A stretch of DNA of 64,000 nt, taken from positions 21,211-85,210 of the forward strand of contig JAYRRP010000002.1 of assembly GCA_041910055.1 (NCBI GenBank). Reading direction: 5' to 3'. The notes below the pieces were generated by a model, which was not told the origin of the DNA, did not search any database, and saw only the letters and a list, made by a program, of their open reading frames with translations. Shown piece by piece: positions 45,269 through 55,716 of this stretch (within the stretch, counting starts at the first letter, position 1; every line of letters starts with the position of its first letter). The translations under genes were made by a program, and so were the position numbers. This DNA is from Candidatus Saccharimonadales bacterium (GTDB taxonomy: Bacteria; Patescibacteriota; Saccharimonadia; Saccharimonadales; JAYRRP01).

Positions 45269-46534
45269 TTAAGAATGGTGAGGCTTCACGAACTGGCCAA
45301 GCAGTTCATGAAGATTAACCAATTTGATTTCTTCTGAACCGCGGGCTTTTAATTCTACCATACTTTTTTGCACAGTCTTATCACTAATAACCACGCGCCA
45401 TGGGATACCCAGTAAATCTGCATCGGCAAACTTCTCACCCGGCCGCATATCCCGATCGTCATATAAGACATCGACACCGGCAAGCTGCAATTTAGCAAAC
45501 AGATCATCAGCAGCTTGCACCACATGTGTTTCAGTACCCAGACGAGCTAGATAGACTTGAGCTGGCGCAATATCCTCAGGCCAGATAAGGCCTCTGTTAT
45601 CAGCAAAGTGTTCTGCCAATAAACCCATCAGTCGGCTAATACCAATCCCGTAGCAACCCATGATAATAGAATGCTGTTTGCCGGCTTCATCGGTATAACG
45701 CACATCAAGCGCATCGGTGTACTTGGTTTCTAAGGGAAAGATATTCCCTACTTCTACCCCACGTTTCTCGACTAGGTCAGGCTTATTTAAACCAAGTTTT
45801 CGCAAATTCTCATCAGTATAGACCTCTTTATTTACGGCAACTTTTCTCTGCTCATCAACATAAATCGTGTCTTCGCCAATAGGACTCACCGTCTGAAATT
45901 CATCACTAAATTTCTCAGTAAAAATACCTCCATCGGCTGCTGTTCGATAGGTGATATCACCAATACCGAGCCGTTCGTATACACGGTCGTAAGCTTTAGC
46001 CGCCTTTTCATAGAGTGCTTCATGCTCCTTCTGACTACGTGCCAATGAATACATATCTTTCATAACGAATTCACGGCCGCGTAACAGCCCGCTTTTCGCA
46101 CGAAGTTCATTCCGGAATTTGCTCTGTATCTGGTAGACGTAAATCGGCAGATCTTTATAAGAGTTCACAAAACTGCTGAGAGCGTCAACTATAGGTTCCT
46201 CATGTGTTAAACCCATACCAAGTTCTGTTCCGTTTATTAGTTTTGTCTTGAACCAGTTATCTACTTTTTTGTCATCCCAACGGTCAGTCTTTTCAAAAAT
46301 ACCGCGTGGCTGCAGTACCGTCATTTGAACTTCTTGCCCGCCAATCCTGTTCATCTCTTCGCGCACAATCTGGGCAATCTTGTCGAGTACAATCTTGCCC
46401 AAGGGCAAGTAAGCATAGACACCCGCCATTTCTTTATGTATGTAACCAGCCTGGATGAGGAGTTGGGCATTTTTTGCCCGCTCATCAGCTGGAATGGTTT
46501 TGCTGGTTTTAGTAAATAGCTTAGATAGCCGCAT
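45269..46534 (-). CDS. proS: Proline--tRNA ligase, bacterial-type but lacking the INS editing domain
   Basis: 421 aa. Bacterial-type N-terminus (MRLSKLFTKTSKTIPADERAKNAQLLIQAGYIHKEMAGVYAYLPLG). Motif 2 and motif 3 are joined by only about 45 aa where E. coli ProRS carries the roughly 180-aa INS. The C-terminal anticodon-binding domain is present. Confidence 0.88.
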   Translation of the reverse strand: MRLSKLFTKTSKTIPADERAKNAQLLIQAGYIHKEMAGVYAYLPLGKIVLDKIAQIVREEMNRIGGQEVQMTVLQPRGIFEKTDRWDDKKVDNWFKTKLINGTELGMGLTHEEPIVDALSSFVNSYKDLPIYVYQIQSKFRNELRAKSGLLRGREFVMKDMYSLARSQKEHEALYEKAAKAYDRVYERLGIGDITYRTAADGGIFTEKFSDEFQTVSPIGEDTIYVDEQRKVAVNKEVYTDENLRKLGLNKPDLVEKRGVEVGNIFPLETKYTDALDVRYTDEAGKQHSIIMGCYGIGISRLMGLLAEHFADNRGLIWPEDIAPAQVYLARLGTETHVVQAADDLFAKLQLAGVDVLYDDRDMRPGEKFADADLLGIPWRVVISDKTVQKSMVELKARGSEEIKLVNLHELLGQFVKPHHS

Positions 46535-46551
46535 TGAAGATCATTGTATCT

Positions 46552-47427
46552 TTAGCGCCCGTGGAATACAAACAGGGTTAAAAAAGCTACCATATTCTTT
46601 AGCATATGTAACCCAATTGGTGCTGCCAACCCTCCTGTCCTTTCTTTCAGAAAAATGAGCACCATTGACAAAGTAAACGTATCGAGAGCTGCCACCCATA
46701 ACAATGGAGCACCTGAACCAGCTTGTAAATGAGCGAGCCCAAACAAGACACTGGTGAGAATGGCCGCTATAAAAGGACGCATGCCTTTCCTCAAACCACT
46801 GTACAAAAATCCTCTCACTAAAATCTCCTCCACAAACGCTGGCATTAACACCAAGCTGGCAAAAACAGCGACGAGACTTAAACCAGCTGCATTATCAAAA
46901 CCAATCTGTTGCTGTTGGTCTGTTTTAAGAGCAGGGACCAAGGCTTTAGCTATACTCAGCAGTGCAATAAATGATATAAAATAAATTGCAAACCCTAAAG
47001 CTACATATCCTAAATCACGCCATTTTGGCGATTTGAAACCGAGATATTTTAAAGAGGTCTGTCGTCTTTTCAAGAAGCCAAGCAACAGTCCTACGCTAAT
47101 AGCTTCAATGAAGAAAACTGTCATAAATTGCCCATACACTGAGCTGTCCAACCACTTAATAATCCCATCGTTGGCAAATCCACCTAGATGGCTAATAGCT
47201 ACTGCGGCCAGGACTCCCATAAATTGTGCGCCAAAATAGATAAACAGCGTCACCCCCACACTCTCCAAGGGTGTCCACGTGATACCGTCTTCGGTATTTT
47301 GTTCGGCCTTCACTGACTTAATACTTTTAGGAGAAAAATATCGTACTAACCCATACACAGCGAGAAGATAAAGGGGGGTAAACCAGCTAATCCCGTTTAT
47401 TGCAGAGAAAGCAACCAGTAACTTCAA
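46552..47427 (-). CDS. CPBP (CAAX) family intramembrane glutamic protease
   Basis: Motifs EEILVRGFLY and FGLAHL. The track ORF (to 47829) overlaps rseP by 400 nt. I propose TTG 47427 as the start, preceded by GAGGAG, which forms a TTGA start/stop overlap with rseP. The start is uncertain. Confidence 0.65.
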   Translation of the reverse strand: MKLLVAFSAINGISWFTPLYLLAVYGLVRYFSPKSIKSVKAEQNTEDGITWTPLESVGVTLFIYFGAQFMGVLAAVAISHLGGFANDGIIKWLDSSVYGQFMTVFFIEAISVGLLLGFLKRRQTSLKYLGFKSPKWRDLGYVALGFAIYFISFIALLSIAKALVPALKTDQQQQIGFDNAAGLSLVAVFASLVLMPAFVEEILVRGFLYSGLRKGMRPFIAAILTSVLFGLAHLQAGSGAPLLWVAALDTFTLSMVLIFLKERTGGLAAPIGLHMLKNMVAFLTLFVFHGR

Positions 47428-48551
47428 AAGAATCTCCTCACATCCACTATAGTAATTAACACGAACAGTATCATAAGGGCCACAAAACCTGTTCCATGAA
47501 TAAGCTCCTCCATACGCGGACTCAGGGGTTTTCGTAAACCTCTGAACAACCAAGTCACAAATAGCCGGCCACCGTCTAGCGCCGGTATGGGCAACAGATT
47601 CATAATTGCCAGTGTCAAGGAAATAATAGCCACAATTAGTAAGATAAACTGTACCCCCATTAAGCTCCCGTCTTTTAGAAGTACAAAAATACCCACTGGC
47701 CCTGCTACTTGGCTGGTTGCCTGGGCAGTATTCCAGCTTAAAAGTCCACTCAAAGCTAGCCAAAGTCCATGCAAGGTTGCCTGTGTTACTTGCACAATAA
47801 ACCCTAGCGCCATGATAGGTGCCGACCATGTTGAACGTGTTAACGTATATTCAGTCGGGACTACCCCTAAGTAGCCCTTAGGATTATCAGTGTGTTTACT
47901 CTCTTCCACTTCCTGTTGAGCCCGAAGCTGAACAGGTAAACGCCGCTCATTTCCTTGCCGTAAGACCTTAATTTGAAGCTTTTGGCCCGCATATTGTTTA
48001 GTGATATCCGGAAATTGAGAGGCGTTTTCTATCTTTATTTCTGTTCCACCAGGAACTTCCAGACTCTGGATTTGGTCGCGCGTTTTCACCCCAGCTTGCT
48101 CGGCTGGCGAGTTTGTTTCTACATACCCTACTAATACCTGATTTTTTACTACATGACTATCCGCTCGGACAGTGAATTGATTGTCGAGCACTTGCGGCAT
48201 ACCAACCCAGCCGAGGATAGTGAGTATGAAAAAAGCTGCCAGTAGATTCATTCCCACACCTGCCAACATGATTTTTGTTTTCGTCCGCAAATTTGCTGCT
48301 CCGTAGGTGCCCTTACCAGTGTCAGCGTCATGTTCACCTTTTAGACGCACGAACCCTCCAAGTGGTAAGTAGTTTATACTCAGCAGCAAGCCACTTCGTA
48401 ATCGCCTGCTCCACGCCTTCGGTGGAAAACCAATGGCAAATTCTTCTACATCTACCCCATTGCGCCGGGCAGCCAGAAAATGACCAAATTCGTGTACGAT
48501 AACTAAGCCTATAAATAAGACTAAACCTAATACGAGTAAGGTGACCGTCAT
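47424..48551 (-). CDS. rseP: Site-2 (M50) regulated intramembrane protease RseP
   Basis: 375 aa. HEFGHF zinc motif, PDZ domain and NLLPIPALDGG. Confidence 0.92.
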   Translation of the reverse strand: MTVTLLVLGLVLFIGLVIVHEFGHFLAARRNGVDVEEFAIGFPPKAWSRRLRSGLLLSINYLPLGGFVRLKGEHDADTGKGTYGAANLRTKTKIMLAGVGMNLLAAFFILTILGWVGMPQVLDNQFTVRADSHVVKNQVLVGYVETNSPAEQAGVKTRDQIQSLEVPGGTEIKIENASQFPDITKQYAGQKLQIKVLRQGNERRLPVQLRAQQEVEESKHTDNPKGYLGVVPTEYTLTRSTWSAPIMALGFIVQVTQATLHGLWLALSGLLSWNTAQATSQVAGPVGIFVLLKDGSLMGVQFILLIVAIISLTLAIMNLLPIPALDGGRLFVTWLFRGLRKPLSPRMEELIHGTGFVALMILFVLITIVDVRRFF

Positions 48552-49243
48552 ACTCCGAATCTCCGTTGACGACGGGAATATTCCCTAAGCGCCTTGTCGA
48601 GCATTTCAACTGTGAAGGCCGGCCAGTGTTCTTTGAAGAAAATAAGCTCACTGTAAGCGGCTCGCCACAGCATAAAATTGCTCAAGCGTTGTTCGCCCGA
48701 AGTTCGGATTATTAAATCAACTGGTGGTACGTCTGGTGCATACAAATTTTGTTCAATTATATCAGGGGTGATGGGCTTTTTTTCACCTGATTCGATATAC
48801 TTTTGGCAAGCCTCTGCAATCTCCTGCTGCCCACCATAATTAAAACAAAGCAACACGGTGCCTTTCGTATTATTTTTAGTAAGCTCTTCGGCGCTGCGCA
48901 TGGCACTGATTATGGCTTTAGATAAACGCTCAGTTGAACCTAGAAACCGTACTCGGATACCTTCTTTATTTAGTTCTCTTATTTCTTGTTTACTTACCCA
49001 TAACAACAACTTCATCAAATAGCTCACTTCAGCTTTACTGCGATTCCAGTTTTCTGTAGAAAAAAGATAGGCGCTCACATAAGTGATTTTTCTAGCCAGA
49101 GCAGCTTTTACAATATCTTTTAGATTTTGATAGCCTTTTCGATGTCCCTGAGAAACACTTAAGTTGTGGGTTTTTGCCCAGCGTCGGTTGCCATCCAGAA
49201 TTAAACCTAGATGTGTCGGTAATGATTGAAGGTTATATGGCAT
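48548..49243 (-). CDS. uppS: Undecaprenyl diphosphate synthase
   Basis: 231 aa. HLGLILDGNRRWA, and RTSGEQRLSNFMLWRAAYSE. Confidence 0.95.
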   Translation of the reverse strand: MPYNLQSLPTHLGLILDGNRRWAKTHNLSVSQGHRKGYQNLKDIVKAALARKITYVSAYLFSTENWNRSKAEVSYLMKLLLWVSKQEIRELNKEGIRVRFLGSTERLSKAIISAMRSAEELTKNNTKGTVLLCFNYGGQQEIAEACQKYIESGEKKPITPDIIEQNLYAPDVPPVDLIIRTSGEQRLSNFMLWRAAYSELIFFKEHWPAFTVEMLDKALREYSRRQRRFGV

Positions 49244-49287
49244 GTAAAATCCTAGTCTCGTACTTAAAGGTTGAGATGATAAACTCT

Positions 49288-49851
49288 TTAGACCGTCATA
49301 ATCTCAGTTTCTTTTGATTGGGAAAGGCCTTCAACTTTTTCACGCGCAGCAGACATATATTGGTCAATCTGCTTCTGTAGGCGGATATAGTCATCTTCAC
49401 CCATATCCTTATCCTTTTTGATACGCTCTGCTTTTTTCAGTCCATCATGTCTCGCTTGGCGGAACCGTATCATTGTCTCCTCGACTTTCTGGTGTAATTG
49501 CTTTACCACCTGCTGGCGCCGCTCCGTCGTAAGCGGTGGCAAAGGCACACGCACCACCCTGCCATCATCCATAGGATTCAGACCAAGTGATTGATTATCA
49601 CGTATGGCTGCGGTGATAGCTGACAAATTTTGTGAATCAAACGGGCTGACTTGGAGCATCTGTGCTTCGGGAACACTGATACTGCCAACTTGGAGAAGAG
49701 GTACTGTGGTCCCATATGCTTCTACCATTAATCCATCCAGGATTGCTGGATTTGCCCGGCCGGTCCGAATCTTCTTCAAATCATTCGCAAACTGCTCCTG
49801 TGCAGTATCAATTTCCCGCTTCACCTGCACCAATATTTGTGATGAATCCAT
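49288..49851 (-). CDS. frr: Ribosome recycling factor
   Basis: 187 aa. Canonical RRF sequence (LKKIRTGRANPAILDGLMVEAYG...). Confidence 0.95.
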   Translation of the reverse strand: MDSSQILVQVKREIDTAQEQFANDLKKIRTGRANPAILDGLMVEAYGTTVPLLQVGSISVPEAQMLQVSPFDSQNLSAITAAIRDNQSLGLNPMDDGRVVRVPLPPLTTERRQQVVKQLHQKVEETMIRFRQARHDGLKKAERIKKDKDMGEDDYIRLQKQIDQYMSAAREKVEGLSQSKETEIMTV

Positions 49852-49928
49852 AGTAAATAGTTTAGCAGAAAGTCACGTCAGTGAAATGTAATGATACTGC
49901 GTGTTGCCTAAGAGAGACAAATTAATAC

Positions 49929-50525
49929 TTAGCGCATCTCACCAAGAGCCAGACGATTAAATCGCCGAATAACTATATTCTCGCCCAACTTCGCGATATG
50001 CTCTTTCACGTATTGCCCTACGCTTATGTCCGGGTTTTTGACGAAAGGCTGCTCGAGTAGACAACGTTCAGCCAGATACTTTTTAAGCATTCCTTCCACA
50101 ATATTGCCGACAATCGCCTCAGGTTTACCCTCGGTCTTCACTTTATCAGTGAATTCAGTTGCGAGCTTCTCGCGTACCTTTGCCGGCACCTCTTCGGTGC
50201 TCACATATTCAGGGTTACTGGCAGCAATATGCATCGCCACATCCTTAGCGAGTCCTTGGAAAAGTTCGTTGCGAGCGACAAAATCAGTTTCACAGTTCAG
50301 TTCTACTAGCACACCAATTCGTCCATCATGCACGTAATGGCCAATCAAACCAGCTCTTGCCTCACGTTCTCCACGTTTTTCAGCCTTTGTGAGTCCCTTT
50401 TTCCGCATTGCCTCCAACGCTTTATCGAAGTTGCCCCGGGTTTCCTCAAGCGCCTTCTTCGCATCTGTAATGCCCACTCCCGTGAGTTCACGGAGTCGTT
50501 TTATTTCTTCGATAGGTATCTTCAT
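49929..50525 (-). CDS. tsf: Elongation factor Ts (short form)
   Basis: I start it at ATG 50525 ([28 protein letters not shown]). The upstream part of the track ORF overlaps rpsB and I rejected it. Confidence 0.9.
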   Translation of the reverse strand: MKIPIEEIKRLRELTGVGITDAKKALEETRGNFDKALEAMRKKGLTKAEKRGEREARAGLIGHYVHDGRIGVLVELNCETDFVARNELFQGLAKDVAMHIAASNPEYVSTEEVPAKVREKLATEFTDKVKTEGKPEAIVGNIVEGMLKKYLAERCLLEQPFVKNPDISVGQYVKEHIAKLGENIVIRRFNRLALGEMR

Positions 50526-50529
50526 TTTC

Positions 50530-51309
50530 TTAAGATTCCTCCGCCGATTTTTCTGCCTTAGAGGGTGTCTCTTTATTTCCCGGTTTTTCAGAAGTTTTTT
50601 CGCTCTTTTGGTATTTATTCTTTCCGGCAACTACTGCTTTTTCAACATAGTCGGCAATAAGCTGCAGCGTCTTTGTTGCATCATCATTTGCTGGTATAGG
50701 AAAATCAACACCTGTAGGATCGGTATTAGTATCAACGATGGCAATAAGAGGTAAGTTCAGTTTTTTGGCTTCCCTGACTGCATTTGCGTCATGCAGCACA
50801 TCAAAGACAAGTACAGCTCCTGGTCTGGCAGATAGGTTTTTGACACCGCCATACAGGAAGTTCATCTGATCTATTTCTTCTTGATAACGTTGGATTTCCA
50901 ATTTATTGTATTTGGCACCCATCTCACCACTTTGCATTTTTGTCTCTAAATCCTTGAGGTACTTAATGCGACCACCGATAGTCTTTTGGTTGGTCAGCAT
51001 TCCGCCCAGCCAACGTTCTGTTACATAAGGCATATTGGTGTCTTCACCAAGTTTCTTGACAATCTCCTTAGCCTGCCGTTTTGTGCCTACCAGCAGCAAT
51101 TGTTTACCCTGGGAGGTAATGTCGGTAATAAACTGGAGTGCTCCCTGTAAACCTTCCACGGTACTTGTAAGGTCAATGATATGAATGTCACCCCTCTTAC
51201 TATGAATGTAAGGCGCCATTTTAGGGTGCCAGCGGCTGGTCTTATGGCCAAAATGCGCCCCGGCTTCTAATAACTTCTTTATATCCACATCAGTAGATAC
51301 CATGAGCAA
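50530..51309 (-). CDS. rpsB: 30S ribosomal protein S2
   Basis: 259 aa. [19 protein letters not shown]. Has a Lys/Glu-rich C-terminal tail. Confidence 0.95.
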   Translation of the reverse strand: MLMVSTDVDIKKLLEAGAHFGHKTSRWHPKMAPYIHSKRGDIHIIDLTSTVEGLQGALQFITDITSQGKQLLLVGTKRQAKEIVKKLGEDTNMPYVTERWLGGMLTNQKTIGGRIKYLKDLETKMQSGEMGAKYNKLEIQRYQEEIDQMNFLYGGVKNLSARPGAVLVFDVLHDANAVREAKKLNLPLIAIVDTNTDPTGVDFPIPANDDATKTLQLIADYVEKAVVAGKNKYQKSEKTSEKPGNKETPSKAEKSAEES

Positions 51310-51442
51310 TCCTTTCTCTTCGGTGGCTTGCTACCCTTACTTGTCCTACACAGATCAAGTGGGGAGGATGCTATTGACCACCTGCTTAATTTAACTTAGG
51401 TTGATTAGTATAACAGATAAAACACCCCTGCACAACATTGGC

Positions 51443-51471
51443 TTGACCATAAGCTAACAGAGGTGTATACT
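51443..51471 (+). promoter_or_regulatory. Candidate promoter for rpmE (TTGACC-17 nt-TATACT)
   Basis: TTGACC at 51443-51448, 17-nt spacer, TATACT at 51466-51471. This is only 12 nt before ATG 51484 and there is no SD, so the mRNA may be leaderless or near-leaderless. Confidence 0.4.
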
Positions 51472-51483
51472 AACCGCTTGACT

Positions 51484-51819
51484 ATGAAAAAAGGGTTGCA
51501 TCCAGATAATTATCGTCCAGTCGTGTTCCAGGACCTCAATAACAACACGACCTTTTTAACGCGTTCTACAGCGGGCAGCGAAGAAACGATTAAGCTCGAT
51601 GGCGTAGAATACCCCCTTGTGAAGGTACATATTTCAAGCGCCTCACATCCCTTCTTTACCGGCCAGGAAAAATTAGTAGACGTCGAAGGTCGAGTTGACC
51701 GCTTTAAAGCCAAAACCCAAGCGGCAGAAGCTGCCAAAGCCCAACGGGTGAAACAAGCTGCCAAAAAAACAGCCCGAAAAAGCCAGCAGCAGGTGAAACA
51801 AGCTGCCAAAGCCCAATAA
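51484..51819 (+). CDS. rpmE: 50S ribosomal protein L31, type B (no CxxC) with Ala/Lys/Gln-rich C-terminal extension
   Basis: [17 protein letters not shown]...HPFFTG. I start it at ATG 51484, whereas the track uses an upstream GTG. Confidence 0.9.
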   Translation: MKKGLHPDNYRPVVFQDLNNNTTFLTRSTAGSEETIKLDGVEYPLVKVHISSASHPFFTGQEKLVDVEGRVDRFKAKTQAAEAAKAQRVKQAAKKTARKSQQQVKQAAKAQ

Positions 51820-51885
51820 GCCTTCAAACTACTACTCAATCACGCAAAGTTTTTAGATAAGCTTTTGTATACTAAGATAGTCGCC

Positions 51886-52944
51886 ATGAAAGAAAAAGAA
51901 TCATCACTTCGAGAGGAATACCGCCAGCTCATCGCAAAATTATCCGAGCCATCGGTATTTTCATCACCCCGTTATCCCCATCTCGCCAGACGCCAAGCTG
52001 AGCTAGAAGAAATTATCAAGCTTTATGACGAGCGCACAAAACTTGCTACCCATTTAGATGAAGCAAAGAACATGGCACTCTCAGAGGATAAGGAAATCTC
52101 GGCGCTTGCCAAAGAAGAAGCAGTTCAATTGAAAGACAAAATAGCAAATATTGAAAGTCTTCTGGCTGTGCTGCTTACCCCAAAGGACCCGAACGACCAA
52201 CGAAACGCCATCATCGAAATCAGGGCTGCTGCGGGTGGCGATGAAGCCAGTCTCTTTGCAGGAGATTTATTCCGAATGTACTCACGGTGGGCTGAGACAA
52301 AGGGTTACACAATAGAGCTTATGAGCGAGAATGCGAACGAAGTGGGCGGATTTAAGGAAATTATTTTTGAAGTTCATGGTTTGAATGTCTACAAAAATCT
52401 CAAATTCGAGGCTGGTGTTCACCGGGTGCAACGCGTCCCTACTACTGAAAGCCAAGGTCGTATCCATACCAGTACGGTCACTGTAGCGGTAATGCCAGAA
52501 GCCGAGGAAACCGATGTAGAAATTAAGGACGCAGACCTGCGGATAGATGTTTTTCGCTCAGGTGGACATGGCGGGCAATCAGTTAACACAACTGATTCGG
52601 CTGTCCGCATCACTCATCTACCGACGGGTTTAGTCGTGGCTAACCAGGACGAAAAGTCCCAAATTAAGAATAAAGCGAAAGCAATGGGTGTACTGCGTTC
52701 GCGGCTGTTGCAGCTCAGAATAGAAGAGGAGCAAAAGAAACTTTCAGACGCCCGCCAAAAGCTTATCGGTACCGGTGATCGAAGTGAAAAAATACGTACT
52801 TATAACTTCCCCCAGGATCGCATCACTGACCACCGCATAGGATATTCGCGCAGTAACATACCTGCTGCTCTAGACGGTGATATTAACGATCTAATAGAAA
52901 AACTACAGGCATACGAACACGAGTTAATGCAAAATGACGATTGA
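51886..52944 (+). CDS. prfA: Peptide chain release factor 1
   Basis: Starts at ATG 51886 ([12 protein letters not shown]). [17 protein letters not shown] (P-x-T tripeptide region) and GGQ ([22 protein letters not shown]). Confidence 0.93.
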   Translation: MKEKESSLREEYRQLIAKLSEPSVFSSPRYPHLARRQAELEEIIKLYDERTKLATHLDEAKNMALSEDKEISALAKEEAVQLKDKIANIESLLAVLLTPKDPNDQRNAIIEIRAAAGGDEASLFAGDLFRMYSRWAETKGYTIELMSENANEVGGFKEIIFEVHGLNVYKNLKFEAGVHRVQRVPTTESQGRIHTSTVTVAVMPEAEETDVEIKDADLRIDVFRSGGHGGQSVNTTDSAVRITHLPTGLVVANQDEKSQIKNKAKAMGVLRSRLLQLRIEEEQKKLSDARQKLIGTGDRSEKIRTYNFPQDRITDHRIGYSRSNIPAALDGDINDLIEKLQAYEHELMQNDD

Positions 52945-53740
52945 CGAGTGGCTTAGCCAAGCGTCTGCTAATCTACAAAAGCATCATATCAGTTCATACC
53001 AGCTTGATGCCCAGCTCCTAGTCTGCCACGTTACCCACCATTCCCGTGAATGGCTACTCGCTCATCCTGATTATTTGCTCCACTCCGCTGAAAAAACTAA
53101 GCTCGGGCATGCCCTAAAACGAAGGCTGACACTCGAACCAGTGGCCTACATCATCGGTAAAAAAGAATTCTATGGACGCTCATTTATAGTAAATGAGTCT
53201 ACTCTTATACCACGTCCAGAATCCGAGAGTCTCGTGGAACTCGTCTTATCTCTTTCCAGTAAACCTCTAAAAGTAATCGACTTAGGGTGCGGCAGTGGTG
53301 CTATTGGGATCACCCTTGCCCTCGAACGTCCAAATTGGACTGTTACGCTTAGTGATATCAGTAGGCGCGCACTGCAAGTAACCAAGTTAAATGCTACACA
53401 TTACCAATTACAGAGACAAATCCGCTTCCGCTGTCAAGATTTACTAGAACACGACCCGACAGATTATCAGGTAATAGTTGCGAATCTACCCTACGTACCC
53501 AATGCGTTACGACACAAACCGGATTTACAGGCCGAACCACCAGAGTCTCTTTTCTCCGGAGAAGATGGCCTTCACCACTACCGAAGCTTGCTGTCGCAAC
53601 TTGCGCAGCGCACGCCGCTACCTACCGATATTTTCCTTGAAGCTCTCACCTCTCAGCATGAAACCCTTATTCAGATAGCAGCCAACAACGGTTACAATCT
53701 TATTAAGATTGCGGGACTTGCCTTACAATTTCAAACTTAG
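52934..53740 (+). CDS. prmC: Release factor glutamine N5-methyltransferase PrmC (HemK)
   Basis: 268 aa. [10 protein letters not shown] and the NPPY-type motif NLPYV. Overlaps the prfA stop by 11 nt. Confidence 0.88.
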   Translation: MTIDEWLSQASANLQKHHISSYQLDAQLLVCHVTHHSREWLLAHPDYLLHSAEKTKLGHALKRRLTLEPVAYIIGKKEFYGRSFIVNESTLIPRPESESLVELVLSLSSKPLKVIDLGCGSGAIGITLALERPNWTVTLSDISRRALQVTKLNATHYQLQRQIRFRCQDLLEHDPTDYQVIVANLPYVPNALRHKPDLQAEPPESLFSGEDGLHHYRSLLSQLAQRTPLPTDIFLEALTSQHETLIQIAANNGYNLIKIAGLALQFQT

Positions 53741-54939
53741 CTTTCAGGCGCAGCTTCAAGGTTGGCTTGAACAGTCTGTTCTTTACCGTCACGTACAACT
53801 GTAATGTTGACTTTATCCCCCACGCTCAAGCGGCCAAGTACAGAGGTAAGGCTATTGTTTTCATCTATTGGTGTATCGTTAATTTTCACGATAATATCCT
53901 TCTCTTTCAGGCCAGCTTTTTCAGCAGGACTACCACTCACCACCACCGGTTGGCCAGTACGGCCAGGGGCGAGATAGGCTCCTCGTTTTGTGTTGAGGTT
54001 GTATTGATATGCCAAGTCATCAGTTAGCGATACATAGCGGACCCCTAAATATGGTCGAAGCAACTTACCTTGTTCAAGCACACTTTTAATTAGTCCCTTA
54101 ACGTCATTAATCGGTATAGCAAAGCCGATATTTTCGGCGTTGCCTGCCACGGCGGTGTTAATACCAATAACTTCCCCAGCCATATTCATTAACGGTCCGC
54201 CTGAGTTACCCCGATTAATAGCCGTATCAGTTTGGAATAAGTTCTGCAAGGTTTCGGAAGAGCTGCCACTATCATCGCCAGCCTCTACACTGCGCCCATA
54301 GCCCGATATTATTCCTGATGTTACTGTATTCTGAAACTGGCCGAGCGCGTTGCCGATAGCGATTACCTTATCACCTACTTTTACCTTACTAGAATCACCC
54401 AGCTTAATTGGTGTAAGGGTTTTACCCTTTTTATCTTTAATCTTGAGGAAGGCAATATCAAGCGAGTCATTTTCGCTCGTCCGGCCAATTACCTCTACAT
54501 TATCAAGTTGAGTGCCATCAGAGAGAATAACACTTACACTACTGGTACCTTGAGGCACTACATGACGATTCGTAACAACTACACCGTCAGCACTAATAAT
54601 AAAACCGGTACCAGCACCTTGCTGAACACTCTCTTGCCCGAACACGGTCGTACCACCCGACGCCGTTACATTGATCGACACGACACTTGGCCCTGTATTA
54701 CGAGCAATGTCACTAATTAATTGGCTTTCACTAGACACCACAAGCTTTTGAGTGTCGTTATTATGAAGCGAATTATTGTTTTTTCGAGCAGCTGCCCCCA
54801 GCCAGCCTCCTAAAAAGCCGACACTTAATACCGCTAATACTACGAGTAAAATACCTGCGACCCGTTTGCGACTCTCTGGTGCAATGTAATTTTTGTTGCT
54901 GCTTGTTTTACGTGTACCTGGTGATACAGTCTGACTCAT
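53737..54939 (-). CDS. htrA: HtrA/DegP-family serine protease with one PDZ domain
   Basis: 400 aa. N-terminal TM, catalytic motifs TNRHVV, D, GNSGGPL, and a C-terminal PDZ (PAEKAGLKEKDIIVKIND). Confidence 0.92.
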   Translation of the reverse strand: MSQTVSPGTRKTSSNKNYIAPESRKRVAGILLVVLAVLSVGFLGGWLGAAARKNNNSLHNNDTQKLVVSSESQLISDIARNTGPSVVSINVTASGGTTVFGQESVQQGAGTGFIISADGVVVTNRHVVPQGTSSVSVILSDGTQLDNVEVIGRTSENDSLDIAFLKIKDKKGKTLTPIKLGDSSKVKVGDKVIAIGNALGQFQNTVTSGIISGYGRSVEAGDDSGSSSETLQNLFQTDTAINRGNSGGPLMNMAGEVIGINTAVAGNAENIGFAIPINDVKGLIKSVLEQGKLLRPYLGVRYVSLTDDLAYQYNLNTKRGAYLAPGRTGQPVVVSGSPAEKAGLKEKDIIVKINDTPIDENNSLTSVLGRLSVGDKVNITVVRDGKEQTVQANLEAAPES

Positions 54940-54960
54940 GATCCCCCCGTTTCTCCTATT

Positions 54961-55716
54961 TTACACAGCTTTATCGCCCCAGTCCGAGAAAACCAAAACA
55001 ATAATTATAATCGCGAACATTACAAAGATAAGTTGACGACGAAGCAGCAAGGATAGCCGGTCTGTTTCCTCGAGATAATAGATTCCACCTAATCCAAAAC
55101 TAATTACCGATAAGAGCAAGGCCGGTTGTGCAATTACTCCGTAAAACAGCAGCCAGTGCGACAACACCCATACCAGAGACGCACCAAAATAGGCCCATGT
55201 ATACGCGAGAAACCGACTATAGCTCTCCTCAAAACTCGTAAAGAAATGCCGGGCCGCGGAGTAACAGACTAGCCAGGTTAAGAGCACCAACAGCCACGTA
55301 TCCATGCCACCATATTGTAGAAACACCGCGACCAGCCCAAACGACTGACCGATTATAGCCTGTACCGATACACCCAACACGCCGGTCTGACGTTTTATTA
55401 CTAGTAACCATACTCCATATGCAATTGCCCAAATCAGCTGTACCATCATTGACCCGCTATGGGTCATAAATGCCACGATGGAAAGACCTACAATAATGTC
55501 AATCGCATTTGCACGGATATTGGCCGGCCAATGGCGAGGCTTTACAGCAAACATGCGCCATTTGCTTAGTATTATCACCACCACTGCCAAAGGCACAAAG
55601 TGCGTCCGCACAAAGACAAATACCAAAGCCGGCAACAGGCTGGTTAAGGCAATGTGGACGAAATGCGAAAAGCCACTGGCCGGTTTAATTTTGGCCGTTA
55701 GTTGTCTCATTAGCAC
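54961..55716 (-). CDS. Hypothetical polytopic membrane protein (about 7 TM)
   Basis: 251 aa and highly hydrophobic. It overlaps the end of the LCP gene by 32 nt. No motif recognised. Confidence 0.55.
   Translation of the reverse strand: MLMRQLTAKIKPASGFSHFVHIALTSLLPALVFVFVRTHFVPLAVVVIILSKWRMFAVKPRHWPANIRANAIDIIVGLSIVAFMTHSGSMMVQLIWAIAYGVWLLVIKRQTGVLGVSVQAIIGQSFGLVAVFLQYGGMDTWLLVLLTWLVCYSAARHFFTSFEESYSRFLAYTWAYFGASLVWVLSHWLLFYGVIAQPALLLSVISFGLGGIYYLEETDRLSLLLRRQLIFVMFAIIIIVLVFSDWGDKAV

Noticed and set aside
47428-47829. N-terminal 134 codons of ORF 46552..47829
   Set aside because: They lie entirely inside rseP in another frame and have a non-membrane, Cys/Tyr/Gly-rich composition. A good SD+TTG start exists at the rseP stop.
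50526-50630. Upstream extension of the tsf ORF into rpsB
   Set aside because: The EF-Ts N-terminal UBA-like motif starts at ATG 50525, 5 nt after the rpsB stop.
50389-50754. 121-aa plus-strand ORF antisense to tsf/rpsB
   Set aside because: It is antisense to two ribosomal/translation genes and has Phe/Arg/Ser-rich low complexity.
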